In this document: piece after piece, positions 27,035 to 32,000 of the stretch
Position numbering within the stretch: the first letter of the stretch is position 1
How the letters are laid out: each line of letters begins with the position of its first letter
Assembly: GCA_041483675.1 (NCBI GenBank)
Contig: JBGPGE010000030.1
Span: forward strand, 1-32,000
Reading direction: 5' to 3'
Length of the DNA stretch: 32,000 bases
Origin: Candidatus Binatia bacterium
Lineage (GTDB): Bacteria > Desulfobacterota > Binatia > UBA9968
Notes under the pieces: model-generated
The model's input: the letters and a program-made list of their open reading frames with translations, nothing else
The model's database searches: none
What the model was told of the DNA's origin: nothing
Translations under genes and position numbers: made by a program

Positions 27035-29281
27035 TTGCGCCGCTGCAGGGTATTTTCGTTGGACACGGATACGAATATAGAAGACAGCCTCAGGCTTGAA
27101 GAGGCGAAGCGGAGAAAGCGAGAGGGGATCGTGATCCTCATCACCACCCTGATGGTGGTGCTCTTTGCCTTTTTCGAGGCCGATCTTCCGGAAAGCCCGA
27201 CCGACAGCTCCCTCACCAAAAACATCGGCTTCTTTCTGCTGGTCAACATCAACATCATCCTGCTCGTCCTGCTCATCTTTCTCGTTGTCCGCAATCTGGT
27301 AAAACTCATCTTCGAGCGGAAAAAACGCATCCTCGGCTCCCGGCTCCGCGTCCGGCTGGTGATCGCGTTCGTGTCGCTGTCGCTGGTTCCGACGCTGCTG
27401 CTGTTTGTGATCGCAGGGGGCATTGTGACGCGCTCGTTCGACCGGTGGTTCGACGTGCAGGTCGAAAACGCGCTGCAAGGGTCGTTGGAGATCGGGCAAG
27501 CGTACTATCAAAACTCGGCGAACAACGCCCTCTTCTACGCGCGCCAGCTAAGCCGGCGGCTGACCGAGGAGCGGCTGCTGGATTTCCGCAAGACGTCGGA
27601 CCTGAAGGAATTTATCCAGTCGAAGCAGAAGGAGTACAACCTCGGAACCATCGAAATATTTTCTTCCAACCAGCAGCTTCAAGTCGTGGCGTTCAATGAG
27701 CAGGTGCCGACCGGTGTCACGATCAAGCCCGACGGCGACTTCCTCACGCGGGCGCTCAGAGGGCTGGAGGTGACCACCACGCAGCCGTTCGGCGAAGGAG
27801 ACATCATTCGCGGCGGCGTGCCGGTTTACAGTGCCGACCGGAGAATCCTCGGCGTGGTCGTCGTCGATTACTTCGTGCCGAAGAGCATCACCAGCCGCGC
27901 CCTGGAGATATCGCGCTCCTATGAGCAGTACAAGCATCTCACGGCCCTCAAGAAGCCGATCAAAAACACCTATATTCTGACTCTGCTTCTTATCACCCTG
28001 GTCATTATCTTTTCCGCGACCTGGTTCGGGCTCTATCTCGCGAAAGGCATCACCGTGCCGATTCAACGACTGGCGGAGGGAACCCACGAGGTGGCGCACG
28101 GGAACTGGGACTACCGGATCGAGGCGAGCGGCGACGACGAGATCGGGACACTGGTCGATTCTTTCAACCAGATGACGCGGGACCTGAAACAGATCAACGC
28201 GGAGGTCGTGCGTAGAGGGCGCTACATGGAGACGTTGCTGGCCAACATCACCGCGGGCGTCATCTCGATCGATCCCGCGGGCGGAATCACGACGATGAAC
28301 AAAGAGGCCGCCCAGATGCTGGGTGTCAAGGCCGAGGAGGCGCTCGGAAAAAGTTACGGCGAGGTGTTTCAGCCGGAGCACCTCCGCGTGATGAGCGAGA
28401 TCATGGAGCAGGTCAAGGCGGGCGCCAGCGTGGAGCGCGAGGTCAGGATCCCGCTCCCCGACCAGATCCTCACGGCGATGGTGTCGGCGGCGACGTTGCG
28501 GGGGGAGGAAGACAATATCCTCGGCGTCATGGTTTTTCTCGAAGACATTACCCAGATCCAGAAGGTCCAGCGGATGGAGGCCTGGCGCGAGGTCGCGCGC
28601 CGCATCGCCCACGAGATCAAGAATCCGCTGACGCCGATCCAGCTCTCGGCGGAGCGGCTGCGCCGGCGCTACGCGAAGCTCCTGGACGGGGACGGAGCGA
28701 TTCTCGACAAATGCACCTCGACGATCATCAAGCAGGTGGAGGAGTTGAAAAACCTGGTCAACGAGTTTTCCCAGTTCGCGCGCCTGCCCGCGGCGGAGCC
28801 GAGTCCGAACGATCTCAACGAGATCGTGAAGGAGGCGCTTTTTCTCTTCAAGGAAGGCCACAAGGGAATCAACTTTCAGTTTCAGCAGCGCGAGTTGCCG
28901 TTGGTCGAGCTAGACCGCGACCAGATGAAGCGGGTGTTGATCAACCTGCTCGACAACGCGGTGGCCGCGGTGGGCGAGAAGGGGGAGATCAAGATATCGA
29001 CCTCGGTGAACCCCGTGTCGGGAGTGGTGTTGCTGGAGGTGGCCGACGACGGCAGCGGCCTGGCGCCGGAAGTGCGGGCAAGGATTTTCGAGCCCTATTT
29101 TTCGACCAAAAAGGAAGGGACCGGGCTCGGCCTGGCCATTGTGAGCGCCATCGTGGCCGACCACCGCGGCCATATCCGCGTGCGTCCCAACGAGCCGAAG
29201 GGAACCCGGTTCATCATCGAGCTGCCCGTGCGCGAGTACGCGAGCGTCGAGGACCGCAAGCGGAAAGCCGTTTATTCGTAA
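27035..29281 (+). CDS. NtrY-like membrane sensor histidine kinase (HAMP-PAS-HisKA-HATPase)
   Basis: 748 aa; TMs, HAMP-like LAEGTHEVAHGNWDYRIEASGDDEIGTLVDSFNQMTRDL, PAS, VARRIAHEIKNPLTPIQLSAERLRRRY H-box, LINLLDNAVAA, DDGSGL, GTGLGLAIV. Confidence 0.95.
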   Translation: MRRCRVFSLDTDTNIEDSLRLEEAKRRKREGIVILITTLMVVLFAFFEADLPESPTDSSLTKNIGFFLLVNINIILLVLLIFLVVRNLVKLIFERKKRILGSRLRVRLVIAFVSLSLVPTLLLFVIAGGIVTRSFDRWFDVQVENALQGSLEIGQAYYQNSANNALFYARQLSRRLTEERLLDFRKTSDLKEFIQSKQKEYNLGTIEIFSSNQQLQVVAFNEQVPTGVTIKPDGDFLTRALRGLEVTTTQPFGEGDIIRGGVPVYSADRRILGVVVVDYFVPKSITSRALEISRSYEQYKHLTALKKPIKNTYILTLLLITLVIIFSATWFGLYLAKGITVPIQRLAEGTHEVAHGNWDYRIEASGDDEIGTLVDSFNQMTRDLKQINAEVVRRGRYMETLLANITAGVISIDPAGGITTMNKEAAQMLGVKAEEALGKSYGEVFQPEHLRVMSEIMEQVKAGASVEREVRIPLPDQILTAMVSAATLRGEEDNILGVMVFLEDITQIQKVQRMEAWREVARRIAHEIKNPLTPIQLSAERLRRRYAKLLDGDGAILDKCTSTIIKQVEELKNLVNEFSQFARLPAAEPSPNDLNEIVKEALFLFKEGHKGINFQFQQRELPLVELDRDQMKRVLINLLDNAVAAVGEKGEIKISTSVNPVSGVVLLEVADDGSGLAPEVRARIFEPYFSTKKEGTGLGLAIVSAIVADHRGHIRVRPNEPKGTRFIIELPVREYASVEDRKRKAVYS

Positions 29282-29308
29282 GCTTGGACGTGACAACCTG
29301 GAGATAGG

Positions 29309-30598
29309 GTGAAAGGTAACGACAAAACAATCCTCGTGGTGGACGACGAGGCCGGTGTCCGCGAGTCGATTCGGGAGAGTCTCACCGACGAGGGCTATCG
29401 GGTCATCGACACGGCCGACGGGAGACGCGTCCTTGAGCTGATCCGCAGCGAGCGTCCGCGGCTGGTGCTGCTCGACATCTGGATGCCCGAAGTGGACGGG
29501 ATCGGGCTGCTCAAAGAGATCAAGAAGGCGGAGCCGGAGGTGCATGTCGTCATGATCTCCGGCCACGGCAACATCCACACCGCCGTGACGGCGACCAAGC
29601 TGGGAGCGTTCGACTTCATCGAAAAACCGTTGTCGTTAGAGGGGCTGCTGGTGACCGTGCGTCGCGCTCTGGGCGAGGCTGTATCCGTCAGGGGGAACGG
29701 CAGCAAGTTAAAGGCGGTGAAGGCGAGGCGGTCTCGTCAGGGATCGTTGTTGCAGCCCGATGCGGCGGGAGAGCTCAGACAAAAAACGCTCAAGAAGAGC
29801 GTGGTTTTTTCGGGGCAGGGTCTCCATTCCGGAATCAAGACGGGCGTGGTGCTTCATCCCATGCCGCCCAACAGCGGCATTGTTTTCAGCGGCATCTCCG
29901 CCGACGCCACGGTTCCGGCGCGCCTGGATTACGTCGCCTCGACCGGCTACGCGACCTCGCTCAGCGGCAAGGGATTTGTCGTCGGCACCGTCGAGCATTT
30001 TCTGGCCGTCCTGCACAGCTACGGCATCGGCAATCTGCTCGTCAAAATGCAGGGCGAGATCCCGATCATGGACGGCTCCGCGATCGAGTTCTGCCGCTTG
30101 ATCGAGGAGGCCGGCATCGAAGAGCAGGACGAGGAGTGGTCCGAGATCGTGATCGATCGCGCCTATTCGGTCGGCGACCATACCGGCGAATCTATTCGCG
30201 TGGAACCGGCCGCGACGTTCGGTGTGCGCTACATCCTGAACTATCCCCCGCCGGTGGGGATGCAGGAGCACACGTATATGTCTCACGGGCCCGAGTTCTT
30301 CAAAGAAGAGATCGCGCCGGCGCGGACGTTCGGTTTTCTCAAGGACATCGAGCAGCTGGAAAAGCTCGGGCTGGTGAACGGGGGAAGGCTGAGCAATTGC
30401 ATCTTGATCGACAACGACCGTGTCATCAACACCGATCTACGCTTCCCCGACGAGTTCGCCCGCCACAAGATTCTCGACATCATCGGCGACTTCTATCTGC
30501 TGGGCCGTCCGATCCGCGGCATGGTCACGGCCCGCATGACCGGCCACACGGACAATATCGCTCTGCTCAGGGAAGTCAGAAAAGGCATGGGGATCTAA
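29309..30598 (+). CDS. lpxC: Response regulator receiver domain fused to UDP-3-O-acyl-N-acetylglucosamine deacetylase (REC-LpxC)
   Basis: REC residues 1-~120: ILVVDDEAG, LVLLDIWMPEVDG (D56), MISGHG (S84), FIEKPLS (K106). LpxC from ~residue 159: LKKSVVFSGQGLHSG, VGTVEHFLAVL, IPIMDGSA, ARTFGFLKDIE, EFARHKILDIIGD, TGHTDN. Confidence 0.96.
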   Translation: MKGNDKTILVVDDEAGVRESIRESLTDEGYRVIDTADGRRVLELIRSERPRLVLLDIWMPEVDGIGLLKEIKKAEPEVHVVMISGHGNIHTAVTATKLGAFDFIEKPLSLEGLLVTVRRALGEAVSVRGNGSKLKAVKARRSRQGSLLQPDAAGELRQKTLKKSVVFSGQGLHSGIKTGVVLHPMPPNSGIVFSGISADATVPARLDYVASTGYATSLSGKGFVVGTVEHFLAVLHSYGIGNLLVKMQGEIPIMDGSAIEFCRLIEEAGIEEQDEEWSEIVIDRAYSVGDHTGESIRVEPAATFGVRYILNYPPPVGMQEHTYMSHGPEFFKEEIAPARTFGFLKDIEQLEKLGLVNGGRLSNCILIDNDRVINTDLRFPDEFARHKILDIIGDFYLLGRPIRGMVTARMTGHTDNIALLREVRKGMGI

Positions 30599-30607
30599 AG
30601 TACGACG

Positions 30608-30688
30608 CAGTGCAAAATGCAAAGTGCAAATTTTAAAGTGCAGAAAGGGAAGCGGGAGGCAATTTTGACTTTTGCATTTTGCAGTTTT
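30608..30688. repeat. Low-complexity intergenic A-rich/T-rich inverted array
   Basis: gtgcaaaatgcaaagtgcaaatttt ... aattttgacttttgcattttgcagtttt. Confidence 0.75.
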
Positions 30689-30737
30689 CATGGTTCGATC
30701 TTCCTCACCATGACCCTGAGCGTAAGTCGAATGGGTC
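30689..30737. repeat. Solo copy of the ~48-nt interspersed hairpin unit
   Basis: catggttcgatcttcctcaccatgaccctgagcgtaagtcgaatgggtc; compare 18329..18376. Confidence 0.85.
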
Positions 30738-30758
30738 ATTTTGCAATGTATTAGACTA

Positions 30759-31205
30759 ATGGGTTCTTCACAGCAATTTCCCCGGCTCTTTACGGTCAAC
30801 GAGGCGAACGATCTGCTGCCGGAGTTGCGGCCGCTGATCCAGCGCGTATCTCATCACCTGGAGGGGTTGCGGGCGAAGAGCGAGACGGTGATTCGTGGCG
30901 AGCGGCTCTCGCCGGACAGCCCGGAGCTGATGAGGCGACTGCAAGAAGACACGGCGATCGCACGCATGATCCTCGAAGTCAAAGGGCTGGTGGAAGAGAT
31001 CAACAGCTACGGCTGCGTGTGCAAAGGGATCGAGGACGGGCTGGTCGATTTTCCCTGCCTGCTCGGCGGCGAGATCGTCTTTCTCTGCTGGCGCTACGAC
31101 GAGGAAAGCGTGGCCCACTGGCACCGCATCGAAGACGGCTTCGCCGGACGCAAGGCGCTGCTGGAGGCCGACGACGACAGCGGCGGCAACGTCTCGTACC
31201 ACTAA
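30759..31205 (+). CDS. DUF2203 family protein
   Basis: LFTVNEANDLLPELRPLIQ..., VEEINSYGCVCKGIEDGLVDFPCLLGGEIVFLCWRYDEESVAHWH is the characteristic DUF2203 pattern. Confidence 0.88.
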   Translation: MGSSQQFPRLFTVNEANDLLPELRPLIQRVSHHLEGLRAKSETVIRGERLSPDSPELMRRLQEDTAIARMILEVKGLVEEINSYGCVCKGIEDGLVDFPCLLGGEIVFLCWRYDEESVAHWHRIEDGFAGRKALLEADDDSGGNVSYH

Positions 31206-31260
31206 CAGGCCGGTGAAAAAGGCTCATCTCTACGGAGTGGAGTAATGGAGTGATGGGGTA

Positions 31261-32000
31261 ATGCATTTAGAACCCAATACTCCAATACTCCCATACTCAA
31301 ACACCTCACTCCGCCGGGCCGATCTTTCAGCGCAAATCAAAGAAGAGGCGCAGAGGTTGGGCTTCGCGCTGGTTGGCATCTCGCCGGTGAAGCTTGCTTC
31401 GCACGAGGAGTCTTTCGCTCAGTGGCTGAGAAAAGGGCTGGGTGGCGAGCTGGGCTACATGCAGCGCACGGAGGAGCTGCGCCGCGATCCGAAAAAGCTC
31501 GTTCCCTGGGCGGTTTCCGTGATCTCAGTGGGGATGAACTATCTCACGCCGTTGCCGAGACCTGAGAGTCCCGAAGAGACACAAGGTTGGATCTCGCGCT
31601 ACGCGTGGGGCGATGACTATCACGACGTTGTCAAACAAAAGCTCGATCTGTTGCTGGAGAAAATCAGGGAGCTTTATCCGAACTCTGTCGAGGGGCGGGC
31701 GTTCGTCGATTCGGGGCCCGTCCTAGAGAGAGGCATCGCGGGCGTCGCCGGTATCGGCTGGATCGGCAAAAACACTCAGCTCATCTCGCCGCGCAAAGGC
31801 TCGTGGTTTTTTCTCGGCGAGCTGTTTCTCAGCATCGAATTGGCGTACGACCGTCCCATCAAGGACCGCTGCGGCAAGTGCGATCTCTGTCTCAAAGCCT
31901 GCCCCACCGGCGCCTTCGTCGGCCCGTACGTGCTCGATGCGCGCCGTTGCATCTCGTACTTAACGATTGAACTCAAAGGCCCCATCCCGCGCCACTTGCG
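31261..32000 (+). CDS. queG: tRNA epoxyqueuosine(34) reductase QueG, 3' truncated by window end
   Basis: Own translation, frame open from ATG 31261 to the window end: ...RADLSAQIKEEAQRLGFALVGISP..., ISVGMNYLTP, RYAWGDDYHDVVKQKLDLL, FVDSGPVLERGIAGVAGIGWIGKNTQLI, CGKCDLCLKACPTGAF. Absent from the supplied ORF track. Confidence 0.93.
   Translation, partial: MHLEPNTPILPYSNTSLRRADLSAQIKEEAQRLGFALVGISPVKLASHEESFAQWLRKGLGGELGYMQRTEELRRDPKKLVPWAVSVISVGMNYLTPLPRPESPEETQGWISRYAWGDDYHDVVKQKLDLLLEKIRELYPNSVEGRAFVDSGPVLERGIAGVAGIGWIGKNTQLISPRKGSWFFLGELFLSIELAYDRPIKDRCGKCDLCLKACPTGAFVGPYVLDARRCISYLTIELKGPIPRHL

Noticed and set aside
27548-28861. 437-aa minus-strand ORF opposite the histidine kinase
   Set aside because: Shadow ORF; the kinase frame carries all expected motifs.

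Overview
32 kb bacterial window, mostly ordinary chromosomal backbone, probably from an uncultured deltaproteobacterium-like lineage (lineage is inference). Backbone blocks: (i) ilvC-psd-pssA-leuA-leuB-asd on +; (ii) a GcvT/DmdA-like protein, MFS transporter, CitE-like lyase, TPR protein and two MBL-fold proteins; (iii) RlpA-like protein, yebC-ruvC-ruvA-ruvB; (iv) an NtrY-like histidine kinase followed 27 nt later by a REC domain fused to a complete LpxC deacetylase, then a DUF2203 protein and a partial queG. Accessory material lies at about 1-5.1 kb (truncated XRE antitoxin, PIN remnant, two TerC paralogs, an M48-like protein lacking its HExxH motif, VapBC, a duplicated 3' half of tRNA-Glu), at 12.0-13.3 kb (small modules punctuated by repeated copies of the asd 3' end) and at 19.4-20.1 kb (second VapBC-like pair). 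Strongest leads: the REC-LpxC fusion beside an NtrY-like kinase; the reiterated asd 3' ends, one differing from the real gene only at synonymous sites; the tRNA-Glu half duplication flanking a TerC+VapBC segment; a dispersed ~48-nt repeat with covarying stem ends, one copy inserted inside a REP-like hairpin. No CRISPR array, rRNA, integrase or transposase was recognised.
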